Assembly: GCA_963739325.1 (NCBI GenBank)
Contig: CAVTZZ010000040.1
Span: 8,478-72,477 of the forward strand
Direction: 5' to 3'
Source of the DNA: an uncultured delta proteobacterium
Lineage (GTDB): Bacteria > Desulfobacterota > BSN033 > UBA1163
Length of the DNA stretch: 64,000 nucleotides
Shown: piece after piece, positions 27,209-36,987 of the stretch
Numbering within the stretch: the stretch's first letter is position 1
How the letters are laid out: each line of letters starts with the position of its first letter
Made by a program: the position numbers and the translations under genes
The notes under the pieces: model-generated
What the model was told of the DNA's origin: nothing
Databases searched by the model: none
The model's input: only the letters and a program-made list of their open reading frames with translations

Positions 27209-28639
27209 TCAAATGGGTTTGTTTTCTTTCATCCTTTTTTTCATGTACCCCAATGGATCAGGGGCGTAATCTTTCAGATAATCTCCCTCACAATTAATCC
27301 CGGGAAGAGGAGGCACCCAATCGTAGCTCAATAACTCATCTGGATTCCCGTATTTAACGGCTAAGGTTCTGATTTTTGGGTCATCTAATGAGGCAAGTCG
27401 GCCCCTATCCGTAACTTTGATCCAGGTTTCTGTTCCCTGTAATTTTACTTCAAAGGTTGTGAAATAGTTGTGCATATGAATATGGCTGTGAGGGATGTTG
27501 TTTTCTTTGATATATTTGAAAAATACTTCGCCGAAATGCCTTCGAGACCCAAATCCATGATGAAATACGCCCGCCCTATTCCTCTCCGGAAGATTTGAAT
27601 GCGTCCCGTAGACGTTGAACATATCGGAAGTTCTTCTGAACCCTTTTACAGCCGTGCACAATGCAGAATCACAGAACCAGAAGAAACCCTTACTAGGATA
27701 ACCCGGAAAATGAACATTCTTAAACTTATCCATCATTTCCCTTATGACCTCGCCATATTTGCCTCCCCCTTTCACTTCTACAAGAAGTCCGTGTTCAAAA
27801 TAAAGCTCGATCCGCGGGAAATAACCGACATGGTTTGCCGTTCCAGCCAGCACCCCATTGATGTCATGAAAAACCGGAGGCACCATCGGAGCAACTGGAA
27901 CGATGGAGCATTCCTCGGATGTTGCCTGGAAGGCATCAAGAAAAAGATGCCCAGATTTCCAAGCACACATTTCGAACCTTCGCGCCTCCTCTTCGGTCAG
28001 AGAGTATTCTAAATAGGTTCCTTCAGGATCGGTGATCCTTATCTTGGAAGCTTTTCCGACGGCTTCGATAGCGGGTCTCTCAATTTCCTTCCAAAGCTCA
28101 TCAGGAAAAGCCCATGTTTCTGCAATGAACTCCTCCCAGTTGTTAAACAACCAATTCCCCTTAAATTTATTACCATGTTGGCGTAATGCATAGGTCAGGT
28201 GTTTTCTCCCTCCAATGCCAATGAACAGGTTGGTATATTCAGGGTTTTTATCAAGATATTTGCGAACTCCCAGGATTAAATCCTCAGCAAAGGGCATCTC
28301 CTCTGTGCCAGTAGCGCCATACATCATGTCATCGCCTTCTCTCCAACCTTCTTCGACGCTTCGCACTACAGTTTTTTTCCCACTGAGCTCATGCTCATAT
28401 AAGAAATCAACCTTCTCTGCACCTTTTTCTTCCAATCCTTGTATGATTGCCGTCTTCACTAATGGATCCTGATCGGGGTAAGTTACAATGAGATAATTAG
28501 AACCCCTTTTGACAGGCCCCATGGCCACTCTGGTATGTTCTTTGTCGGCCAATTGTCTTGCTCTAGTAAGGCATTCATCTACAGTTGTGGGTTTCTTGTA
28601 CTTTGGAGCACGCGGTACGGGATAACTATAAACTGTCAT
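27209..28639 (-). CDS. Uncharacterised His-rich ~478-aa protein, paralog 1 of 6 (family not recognised)
   Basis: 476 aa with an AAGGAGG Shine-Dalgarno site. It shares these blocks with the other five copies: YPDQD, NNWEEF, ITDPEGTYLEY, VLAGTANH, LVEVKGGGKYG, FWFCDSALCT, NRAGVFHHGFGSRRH, HSHIHMHNYFTTFEVKL, PGINCEGDY and the tail KKRMKENKPI. Confidence 0.85.
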   Translation of the reverse strand: MTVYSYPVPRAPKYKKPTTVDECLTRARQLADKEHTRVAMGPVKRGSNYLIVTYPDQDPLVKTAIIQGLEEKGAEKVDFLYEHELSGKKTVVRSVEEGWREGDDMMYGATGTEEMPFAEDLILGVRKYLDKNPEYTNLFIGIGGRKHLTYALRQHGNKFKGNWLFNNWEEFIAETWAFPDELWKEIERPAIEAVGKASKIRITDPEGTYLEYSLTEEEARRFEMCAWKSGHLFLDAFQATSEECSIVPVAPMVPPVFHDINGVLAGTANHVGYFPRIELYFEHGLLVEVKGGGKYGEVIREMMDKFKNVHFPGYPSKGFFWFCDSALCTAVKGFRRTSDMFNVYGTHSNLPERNRAGVFHHGFGSRRHFGEVFFKYIKENNIPHSHIHMHNYFTTFEVKLQGTETWIKVTDRGRLASLDDPKIRTLAVKYGNPDELLSYDWVPPLPGINCEGDYLKDYAPDPLGYMKKRMKENKPI

Positions 28640-28901
28640 GTACGTATACCTCCTTCGAATATAATTTTAGATGTTAACGAATGACTGGGTTTTCTTCCTT
28701 CACCTAATTGATTCACCATCATTTCCTAATTCTAAGCACGACTAACATAGGGCTCATATTTTGTCAAGGAACTTTGTGTCAATTCAATTAGCCTTTACCA
28801 CGAGATGGCGGCTTCGCAAACTCTGGCAGCCAAAAATGAAAACATAGAACTGTGCCATAGGATCTTTGATTAGTTATCATACATATAACTGGTTATAGTT
28901 T

Positions 28902-29910
28902 TTAATGTTCTTTCATATAAAGGGTTTTTGGAATGGTAGGCACTTTTTCCACCCGTAGAGGTTGTCCGATCCCTTTTTCTTGCGCTCTCTGATAAGCGGT
29001 TGCCCCCACAGCAATATATTCGATGGCAGCGTCACCAGACAGAAACAGAGTTATCTCTTTCTCATTCTTTCTTCCCTGCTTTTTACCAACTATAATCTCT
29101 CCGAGTTCACCATAGAGTTGCTCTGCGGTAAGGGAACCCTCACTGATTGGGATGAGTAATTCCCCATCCTCTTTTAACGCCCTGACTTTCGAATCTGCAA
29201 CCACCTTACTTCTCTGGAGACAAACACTGTCGACTTCTCGGCGATCTGGGTAATGGGCTCCAATCTTATTGATGTGGGTTCCCGGTTCTACGAGATTCCC
29301 GTCAAAGACAGGTTTCTTTGAGTTGGTGGTGGTGGCAATGATCTCGCTTCCCTTCACTGCTTCCTCAGGGGAATCGACAGCGACGATATCGATGGGATAT
29401 AGCTTCCTCATTTCTTCGCAATATTGTTCTCGGTGCATCTTATGAGGGCTATAGACTTTTACCAATTCAAGATTTCGTACACAAGAGACCGCCATGAGTT
29501 GCGACCTTGCTTGCCTTCCCGATCCAAAAATACCCATGACTTTCGAGTCCTTCTTGGCCAAATACTCGGTTGCAACAGCACTTAATGCTCCTGGCACTAA
29601 CCAACCAATCCAGTCTGATTCAATAACGGCTTGAAGATCCCCTGAAGTTCGTGTCAAAGATTAAAATCACCTTAACAAAACTCCCTTTTCCACTGGGGGA
29701 AGACGCTTTAATTCCGGCAACTCCCATTTCTGAAAGAGAGGCAGGCACAATCCTTAAAAATCTCCGCGACTGAAGAGTATCCAATGAGACCCTCGGGAGC
29801 ATGGTTGTTTTCCCTTTTCCCATTTGGTGATAGGCGTTTTCAATGACGTCAATCAAATCCTTCATACTGAACAGAGGCATGACCTCTCGACTGGAAAGAA
29901 AGATTGCCAT
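28902..29910 (-). CDS. Ornithine cyclodeaminase/mu-crystallin family protein; split by a 1-nt frameshift near 29645
   Basis: ORFs 29620..29910 and 28902..29657 together align end to end with the intact paralog 49482..50492 (IFDTN|GDLQAVIESDWIGWLVPGALSAVAT, GIFGSGRQARSQL). Confidence 0.85.
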
Positions 29911-29965
29911 AGATTGTTCCTTTCATTCAGGCGGGGAGTTTTGAAGCATTCCTTATTTTTTTATC

Positions 29966-30730
29966 TCAGGTACCTCTGTTGAGATAGATTTTTCCCCAAG
30001 TAGGTGCATCGATCGATTCGCCGGTAAGATCCATGGGCCCCTGACTCGCCAAGAAAACTGCAACCTTCTTAATATCATCGGGCCTTCGCATCTTGGCCCT
30101 CATCTCTGGAGATTTACTGAGATGCACTCGGGTATCTGTGGTTCCTGGTCTGAGGGTATTCACATTGATATTGAATTTATTCAACTGGACAGCCAGAGCA
30201 ATGGTAAACATTTCTACTCCCGCCTTGGAGACATTGTAAACAAGACTGCGAGTCGGGGAAATGAACGAATCTTCCTTCTTTTTTACTCCCGACCCTGAGG
30301 ACATATTGATAATATTACCACTCTTTTGCTTTATCATTTGAGGCACGACTGCCTGAGCGCAGAGGAACATCCCTTTCAGGTTGATATTGATGGTACTATC
30401 CCAATCCTCCTCTTTGATCTGAGTAATAAAATCCGTGGGGCCAGCCACCGCCGCATTATTCATCAGGATGTCAATCCTTTCAAACTCAGAGAGAGTCTTT
30501 TTTACCATCTCCTCAACTTCTCTTCTCTTTGAAACATCTGTTCTTATGGACAAGGTTCTTACCTTAAAAGCTGCTGCTTCCCTGGCAACGGCATCAATTT
30601 CCGATTGATTGCGCGATACGACGACTACATTGGCCCCTTCTTCAGCAAAAGCTAAGGTAATGGATCTGCCTATTCCCGTACCACCCCCCGTGATGATCGC
30701 TACTTTCCCCTTAAGTTTATTCTGGTTCAT
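29966..30730 (-). CDS. Short-chain dehydrogenase/reductase (SDR)
   Basis: LKGKVAIITGGGTGIGRSITLAFAEEGA, NNAAV and SSGSG...YNVSKAG. It is a close paralog of 23031..23795. Confidence 0.9.
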   Translation of the reverse strand: MNQNKLKGKVAIITGGGTGIGRSITLAFAEEGANVVVVSRNQSEIDAVAREAAAFKVRTLSIRTDVSKRREVEEMVKKTLSEFERIDILMNNAAVAGPTDFITQIKEEDWDSTININLKGMFLCAQAVVPQMIKQKSGNIINMSSGSGVKKKEDSFISPTRSLVYNVSKAGVEMFTIALAVQLNKFNINVNTLRPGTTDTRVHLSKSPEMRAKMRRPDDIKKVAVFLASQGPMDLTGESIDAPTWGKIYLNRGT

Positions 30731-30845
30731 TGTTTCCTCCCCTATTTAGTTTTTCGACTCTCTTTTTCTCCCCCTTAACCTTTCTCTTTGATTTCTGGAG
30801 CTACAGTAATCCCTCTTCTTTGACAAATACAGGAATAATGGTTTT

Positions 30846-32621
30846 TCATAATTTTCCTATTGTGTCCTCCAAAAGGCGATTAGCTGAATTCAAAGCATCG
30901 GATATCTTGTTACGCTCTCGTAAGAGAAAGGTACGGAAAGCTTTGTATTCTTCACTCTCTCTCTTCAGCGAATTGAGTTCTTCTAAACGCTGAAGCGTTA
31001 AGATCGGTTTAAATTTGGTTCCCGCAGGGTCTTGCCCATATTTGCCAGCCTTCGTTGAAAAAACAGGAAGAAGAATTCGACTGAGCTGCATCAGACATCT
31101 GTTGATTGTTTCTAATTTTTTCTTAAAGGATCTATCCGTTCTCTTCTTTCCAAAAGTCGATAGGTTTTTCTCGATCATCTGATTAAGAACCTTTGCCTTC
31201 TTCTCCAATTCTCCCGTCTGAATGATCAAGGGATTCAGATCGAATATCGATTCACTTTTGAGCTGCAGATCCATCAACCCTTCCTTAAATTCTTTTGCCA
31301 GACTTACAAACTCAAAAGGCAAGACCGGATTGTTGCAAAGCCTTAAAATGGAAACGGCATGAGCTTTAAAAGGAATCTGTATCACGTCTATATCGACCTT
31401 ATCCAGTGTATCTTCTGCGGTATGACTGTACCACAAGGGGTCCTCATCCAAGTCCTCAGGCGTTTCAAAAAAGGTTCCTCCCATAAAAGAGGGAAGCCCG
31501 ACTCCCCAGAAACTCTGGTCCCCGCTTTTCCGAACCCTTTTACTTTTGACCTTTAAACCGAGAACCTCTTTAATGACATTTTCTTGAAATTTCCTTATCT
31601 CTTCGCTGTTTCTTGCCTCGAAACCTGAAGAACCCTTTCTTCCAAGTCCGTCCATGGCCAAATAGGCTACCGCGTGATCCCGAATATCATCCCAGAAATT
31701 ATCCACGTACCAAGTAGACCCTCCAAAGGTCCCCTGTTCATGAGCAATCCACCAGCAAAACCTAACCCCTCTGTTCAGCTTCTTTCTATACTTGGAAAAG
31801 ACTCTGGCCATCTCCAGTTTTATGGAGTTTGAGACAGCATTATCACTGGCCCCCAAAAACCAACTGCAATAATGACCTCCCACAAGAACAAACTTTTCAG
31901 GGTCTCCTGTTCCCCTAATACGACCTACAGGAAGCCTTACTTTTTTATAACCGCACCATGCATCAGCTTTTAATCTTACGATGACACGGCCTTTTTGTAC
32001 TAAATTCAATAGATACTTTCCATCTTCATTGCACACGGAAATGACAGGTGGACTAAGATTCTTATCGATTGTCTCCGGAGTCGGACTCCCCCAGACGGTG
32101 CGAGGTTGAACTACGATCATCGCTTGCGTTTTTCCAGGAGTGACATGGACCTGGGCTGCAGCACCCTTTTCTCGGGCAATACGAGCTGCATCGTTCCGGC
32201 TTTCTCTGCTGCCAATGATCAGCACAACCTTACCCCTCACATCCACTTCTTCGTCATTTTTCTCAACCTCCTCTCCCAAGTAAATAAGCTCGGCCTCCAA
32301 ACCTTCTGGAGGTGTTGGGATGATGAAAACGCCGGACAAACAGGGAAAAGATTTCTGGACCGGAGAGAGGACTTCAAGACTCGCTTCCCCAGGCAGACTG
32401 ATATAAGCATCGAATTCATAAATTTCTGATTCCACTCCATACTCGTCCAATCTTGCCTTAATATATTTTGCTGCTTTCAGTTCATCTTCTGTCCCTGCAC
32501 GGCGGATGAGGGTTGACAAATATTCCAAGTGCTTTCGAATCTCATCCCTCGAATATTCTGACAATACTTTTTTCTCAAACTCTTTTTCCTCAGCTTCTAC
32601 CCAAGAGAACTGTTTTTCCAT
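30846..32621 (-). CDS. M28-family metallopeptidase-like protein with PA domain and transferrin-receptor-like C-terminal domain (GCPII/NAALADase-like architecture)
   Basis: 591 aa. It has a PA-like insert (VDVRGKVVLIIGSRESRNDAARIAREKGAAA), the M28 core GGHYCSWFLGASDNAVS ... WWIAHEQGTFGGSTWY ... AYLAMDG ... YSHTAEDTLDKVD, and a helical C-terminal region. Confidence 0.75.
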   Translation of the reverse strand: MEKQFSWVEAEEKEFEKKVLSEYSRDEIRKHLEYLSTLIRRAGTEDELKAAKYIKARLDEYGVESEIYEFDAYISLPGEASLEVLSPVQKSFPCLSGVFIIPTPPEGLEAELIYLGEEVEKNDEEVDVRGKVVLIIGSRESRNDAARIAREKGAAAQVHVTPGKTQAMIVVQPRTVWGSPTPETIDKNLSPPVISVCNEDGKYLLNLVQKGRVIVRLKADAWCGYKKVRLPVGRIRGTGDPEKFVLVGGHYCSWFLGASDNAVSNSIKLEMARVFSKYRKKLNRGVRFCWWIAHEQGTFGGSTWYVDNFWDDIRDHAVAYLAMDGLGRKGSSGFEARNSEEIRKFQENVIKEVLGLKVKSKRVRKSGDQSFWGVGLPSFMGGTFFETPEDLDEDPLWYSHTAEDTLDKVDIDVIQIPFKAHAVSILRLCNNPVLPFEFVSLAKEFKEGLMDLQLKSESIFDLNPLIIQTGELEKKAKVLNQMIEKNLSTFGKKRTDRSFKKKLETINRCLMQLSRILLPVFSTKAGKYGQDPAGTKFKPILTLQRLEELNSLKRESEEYKAFRTFLLRERNKISDALNSANRLLEDTIGKL

Positions 32622-32672
32622 TTTTCACTCCATCGAAGTCATCCTTTCAAATTTGTGATTGTTAATTTTCCG

Positions 32673-33881
32673 TTATTTCTTGAAAACCTCATCCTCTCTT
32701 GTTTTTGCAGGGATAAATATCAAAAGAAGGAACCCACCCACTATGGCAAAGCTGGCCCCAACGGAAAAGGCTACGGCAGCATTATACTTCTGCCATAGGA
32801 TTCCTAAAAGTAAACTGGCAGGTAATTGAGGAAAATTGACAAGGAAAGTGTGAATTCCATAAGCTGAACCCCGGGCTTCTTTAGGAACCAGATCAGCAAC
32901 CAAAGCCTTTTTAACCCCTTCTGTCATTCCATAAAACAATCCATAAATTCCAAAAATGACCCAGGCTTGAGTCACCGAGGTAATAAAAGCAAATCCAAAA
33001 TAACTGATTCCATAAAATATCCATCCGATGGCCAGCACATTTCTCCGGCCAAATTTGTCAGAAAGGATTCCTCCAGGCATCGAACTGATCGTCTTGAATA
33101 TGTTGGAGAAAAGATAAATGATGGGAATAAGTTCCAGGGATAAACCGAGATCTTTAACCCTTAAGAGCAGAAAAGCATTACTGGAATTGGCCATTTCAAA
33201 AACAGTAGTTGCTATTAAAAAGAGCTTAAAGTTTCTATTGAACTGCTTTAGATTGAAACGGCGATTTACTGAGGGTGTCTCCGTCTGGGATAAGTCCCTT
33301 GCTTTTTCAGAAACTACAAAGGTCAAAATGCCGATGGCAAGAAAGGCGGGGATGGAGGCAATCCAGAAAAGAGCTCGGTAATCGTTGTTCAGATAGATCA
33401 ACAAGGAAAAGGCTAACAAAGGACCCAGGATTGACCCCACGTTATCCATGGAGCGGTGAAGGCCAAAACCTTTACCCCGGTTTTCAGGGGTGCAAGATTC
33501 GGCGATCAGTGCATCCCGGGGAGGTACTCGGATTCCTTTACCCACTTTTTCAACAAACCTTACTAATAGGATATGCCACCCGATAGTGGCTACAGCAATG
33601 AGTGGGCGGGTCACTGCAGACAGGCTATAGCCCCACAACAACAAAGTCTTTCGCTTCTTGATTTTGTCGGAAAGCCAACCAGAAACAAGATTTAGGACAC
33701 TGGAGGTGCTTTCGGCAATGCCCTCCACTAAACCCACAAAGGCCGTACTTGCCCCCAATACCGACCTCAGGTACAAGGGAAGTAGAGGGTAAATCATCTC
33801 CCGACTGACATCGGTCAAGAAGCTGGTCGAACCTAAGGCAAAAACATTTTTGGAGATTCCCTTAAAAAAAGAGGTTCTCAT
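32673..33881 (-). CDS. MFS transporter
   Basis: 402 aa, about 12 hydrophobic segments. GWLSDKIKKRK (loop 2-3) and GILSDKFGRRN (loop 8-9) are MFS signature loops. Confidence 0.8.
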   Translation of the reverse strand: MRTSFFKGISKNVFALGSTSFLTDVSREMIYPLLPLYLRSVLGASTAFVGLVEGIAESTSSVLNLVSGWLSDKIKKRKTLLLWGYSLSAVTRPLIAVATIGWHILLVRFVEKVGKGIRVPPRDALIAESCTPENRGKGFGLHRSMDNVGSILGPLLAFSLLIYLNNDYRALFWIASIPAFLAIGILTFVVSEKARDLSQTETPSVNRRFNLKQFNRNFKLFLIATTVFEMANSSNAFLLLRVKDLGLSLELIPIIYLFSNIFKTISSMPGGILSDKFGRRNVLAIGWIFYGISYFGFAFITSVTQAWVIFGIYGLFYGMTEGVKKALVADLVPKEARGSAYGIHTFLVNFPQLPASLLLGILWQKYNAAVAFSVGASFAIVGGFLLLIFIPAKTREDEVFKK

Positions 33882-33954
33882 TGTTGCCTCTCCCCTCTAA
33901 GGTGGAAAATTGCTCAAAAATATTAATATTGAATTAAATTTTTCGCTCTTATAC

Positions 33955-34659
33955 TTAATCCCAAAAAATACCAGCCTTTCGCCCTTTCTCCAAGAAATAT
34001 GACCAACCCTTTTCAATGCTACGAGACGTAAAGGTATCGGCAGTCGCCCGCTTCACTTGATCCTCTGAAAGGGGAATGGGTTTGCCCAGAATAGATGCCT
34101 CCACAAAAAGTCTGGCATTCTCTTCCAAATGACAAGAGACTAAAAATGCGGCTTCCACACCCGATTCTGCAATCACGGCTCCATGCCCCTTCATAATCAC
34201 AGCCTTTGAGCTTCCGAGGACCTTCGCCATGCTCAAACCTTTTTCTATGGTTTCGATGTGTTCCGCATGCGGATAGACAGGGACTACGGGTCCAAAGATC
34301 GCCCCATGTTGACAGACCGGAACAAGATCCTTGCCTGCGATACTCGGTAGAATTGAATAATGGGGATGAAGGTGTATCACGCTATTCACATCTTCCCTAA
34401 CTTGATATACCGAAGCGTGAATAGGGGTTTCACTTGGGGGATTAAGTTTTCCTCCAACCCATTCTCCTTTTAATGTCACCTCAGCCATGTCACCAGGAGT
34501 CACTTCGGTACGGGAAAGTTGTTGGGGATGAATAAAGAAAACCTGACTATTAGGAATTCTGGCACTGATGTGGCCCGAGAAGTCAATCAGACCCAACATC
34601 TCTAAGAGACGGCATGCACGGGCTAACTTATCTTTTAAAACATCTTCATCTTTCTCCAT
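33955..34659 (-). CDS. Class II aldolase/adducin-domain protein
   Basis: 234 aa. FSGHISARIP, PIHASVYQVREDVNSVIHLHPHY and MKGHGAV fit the class II aldolase (FucA/AraD-like) metal-binding pattern. It is a near-identical paralog of 42832..43536. Confidence 0.85.
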   Translation of the reverse strand: MEKDEDVLKDKLARACRLLEMLGLIDFSGHISARIPNSQVFFIHPQQLSRTEVTPGDMAEVTLKGEWVGGKLNPPSETPIHASVYQVREDVNSVIHLHPHYSILPSIAGKDLVPVCQHGAIFGPVVPVYPHAEHIETIEKGLSMAKVLGSSKAVIMKGHGAVIAESGVEAAFLVSCHLEENARLFVEASILGKPIPLSEDQVKRATADTFTSRSIEKGWSYFLEKGRKAGIFWD

Positions 34660-34763
34660 AAAACCCCTCCTTATTATATTGGTTTCATTTTGGTAACATA
34701 TGGAAATTTTGTCAGGTTTTTAATGTGGCCTTTGGGAAAAGAACCCTTTTTCTTTACTGTCGT

Positions 34764-36254
34764 TCAAACGACTGACTTCTTGCGTTTTTTGTATAGCCTC
34801 TCAATATAAGGCCACAAAATTATTGTTAAAATACAAAGGAAGAGAATTAAACTGGGGATGCGAGTAAAAAATACTAATATCCCTGTTTTAGAAAGGGCGA
34901 GGGTTTGAAAAAAACTCTTCTCAGCAATCGGACCTAATATTAATCCCAGTACCAAAGGGATGGGGTGATAGCCATGTTTCCTCATATAATAGCCCAAGAC
35001 GCCAAAGAAGATGACTACCAATATGTCCTCCCAGTATTCGCGTGCATTATAGGAGGCTACAAGGCATAAAAGGATAACGATTGGGGAGATAAGCTCCGAT
35101 CGTAACTTCGTTAGCTTTTCTACAATAGGGGTGAAGCCTACTGCCGAGATGACACTAACGACATGAGCGATAAAAAAGACACATATAATAAAATAGACTA
35201 AATCAATGCGGGTCTTCATAAGCTGTGGCCCCGGAGAAATTCCATGCAGAGCTAATGCCGCCATCAGTATCGCCATAGCAGTGCTACCTGGGATGCCAAT
35301 GGTAATGGTGGGAAGGAAATCCCCCCCCGCACATGCATGAAGAGCAATATCCCCTGCAATGACCCCCCGCACATCCCCTTTGCCGAATGTTTCTGGGTTC
35401 TTACATGTCTTAGTGGCTTGGGCGTAGGACACAAATCCGGCCACTGCACCACCAGCACCGGGTGCAATCCCTATTACCCAGGCAATCAGGCAACTTCGAA
35501 TCATAAGAGACCAATTCTTAAAGCATACAAGGATGCCCTCCATAATGCTTCCCGTTAGAGGGACACCTTCGGAAACGATAGAACTTCCTTCCATCCATAG
35601 CTTAATGCCTTCGCTTAATCCCAGCATCCCAAGCATTACAGGTACCATATAGATACCATCTCTGAGATAGTAACTACCAAAGGTAAAACGTGATACTCCG
35701 ACAATAGGGTGGTAACCGATTGTAGCTATGATAATACCAATACAACCGGTTAATACGCCTTTAAGAATCGTTTTTGCCGAAACGGCGGAGATAGTCGCCA
35801 AGCCAAATAAGGCGAGCATAAAAAATTCTGCAGGCCCGAATATCAAAATGATCTGATACATCACGGGCATAAAAACAAGGAGAGAACCGCAGGAGAAAAT
35901 TCCCCCCAAAATCGAAACAGTAGCCGAGGCAGCAATAGCTGTCCGTGCCTTTCCTTTCTTGGCCATGGGATAGCCATCAATCAGTGTAACGGCATTAGGG
36001 TTATCGCCCGGGATATTGAAAAGTATTGCGGTAAGAGAGCCGCCAAATTTTGAGGTAGCATAGATAGAGACAATGAGTGCAAAAGCTGGGTAAACATCCA
36101 TTTTCCAGGTGAAAGGAATCATCAGGATCATCGCTTGCACTCCACCGATACCAGGCAAAATCCCCACAACCATTCCGATGAGGACACCAATAGCCATCAT
36201 CAATAAATTCTGTCCTTGAAAATTAGCATAAAAGGCTGCTATGAATTGTTCCAT
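34764..36254 (-). CDS. tctA: TTT large permease TctA
   Basis: It starts MEQFIAAFYANFQGQNLLMMAIGVLIGMVVGILPGIGG and carries SKFGGSLTAILFNIPGDNPNAV. The start ATG 36254 has AGGAG 8 nt upstream; the ORF track extends to 36281. Confidence 0.9.
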   Translation of the reverse strand: MEQFIAAFYANFQGQNLLMMAIGVLIGMVVGILPGIGGVQAMILMIPFTWKMDVYPAFALIVSIYATSKFGGSLTAILFNIPGDNPNAVTLIDGYPMAKKGKARTAIAASATVSILGGIFSCGSLLVFMPVMYQIILIFGPAEFFMLALFGLATISAVSAKTILKGVLTGCIGIIIATIGYHPIVGVSRFTFGSYYLRDGIYMVPVMLGMLGLSEGIKLWMEGSSIVSEGVPLTGSIMEGILVCFKNWSLMIRSCLIAWVIGIAPGAGGAVAGFVSYAQATKTCKNPETFGKGDVRGVIAGDIALHACAGGDFLPTITIGIPGSTAMAILMAALALHGISPGPQLMKTRIDLVYFIICVFFIAHVVSVISAVGFTPIVEKLTKLRSELISPIVILLCLVASYNAREYWEDILVVIFFGVLGYYMRKHGYHPIPLVLGLILGPIAEKSFFQTLALSKTGILVFFTRIPSLILFLCILTIILWPYIERLYKKRKKSVV

Positions 36255-36267
36255 TTTATTCTCTCCT

Positions 36268-36825
36268 TCAAATGAGATCAAAGGCTCTTAAGATAGGTTC
36301 TAATACAACACCATGGTACATTGGACTGTCTAACACTACGATAAGAAGAATATAAACTATTATAAACATCGTAATAAGGGAAAGTAAAAGCGGAAGTTTT
36401 TCCTTATATCCATAATAATAGCTAGTGCCAACAATAAGAAAAAAGCCTCCTATGAAATAACCAAAGAAGAATAAAATAAGAGAACCAACAACAAGTGCAA
36501 TAATGGCCTTTTTTTCTTCAAGAAAGGTAATAGGTTTTGACGGTTCCTCATAGTGCCCTTTTAGAACTTCTCCCTCAATTTCTTCCATCATATTATCAAA
36601 CTCACCGGCAATGCCTGCCTCCCCAAAACTCCCAATCTTGCTTTTTGGAAAGATAATATGAAAGAGGCGCATCCCGCTCAGTAACATCGCTAAAGCTCCG
36701 ATGAGCATCGGTACGGTTCTCGATTCAAATTTATAACTAAAGCTCCCCAAAAATATAATTAGAGAGAAAATTAAAAAAGGGACAATAATAAAAAGCTCTT
36801 CACGTAGATTTTTCAGCTCTTTCAT
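36268..36825 (-). CDS. TctB-position small membrane protein with acidic loop (atypical TctB-like)
   Basis: 185 aa. It has the same layout and conserved block RLFHIIFPKSKIGSFGEAGIAGEFD as 25378, 45067 and 52123. Confidence 0.6.
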   Translation of the reverse strand: MKELKNLREELFIIVPFLIFSLIIFLGSFSYKFESRTVPMLIGALAMLLSGMRLFHIIFPKSKIGSFGEAGIAGEFDNMMEEIEGEVLKGHYEEPSKPITFLEEKKAIIALVVGSLILFFFGYFIGGFFLIVGTSYYYGYKEKLPLLLSLITMFIIVYILLIVVLDSPMYHGVVLEPILRAFDLI

Positions 36826-36937
36826 AGTTAGTTTCCCCTCTCAACTCTTTATCAAAGCCTGCCAGAATGCCCCGCTATACTTGGGGCGGGGTTGAATAGG
36901 GATTTTAAACCCCTTTAGTGAAGGTCCCCGCCCTGCG

Positions 36938-36979
36938 AAAAAAACCCTGCCCAAAGCACCCAATGTGCGAAAGGCAGGG
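36938..36979 (-). terminator. Hairpin plus U-run after tctC (candidate intrinsic terminator or attenuating intercistronic hairpin)
   Basis: On the minus strand: CCCTGCC-TTTC-GCAC-ATTGG-GTGC-TTTG-GGCAGGG followed by TTTTTTT (plus-strand A-run 36938..36944). It begins 9 nt after the tctC stop at 36988. Confidence 0.45.
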
Positions 36980-36987
36980 GTTTTGTT

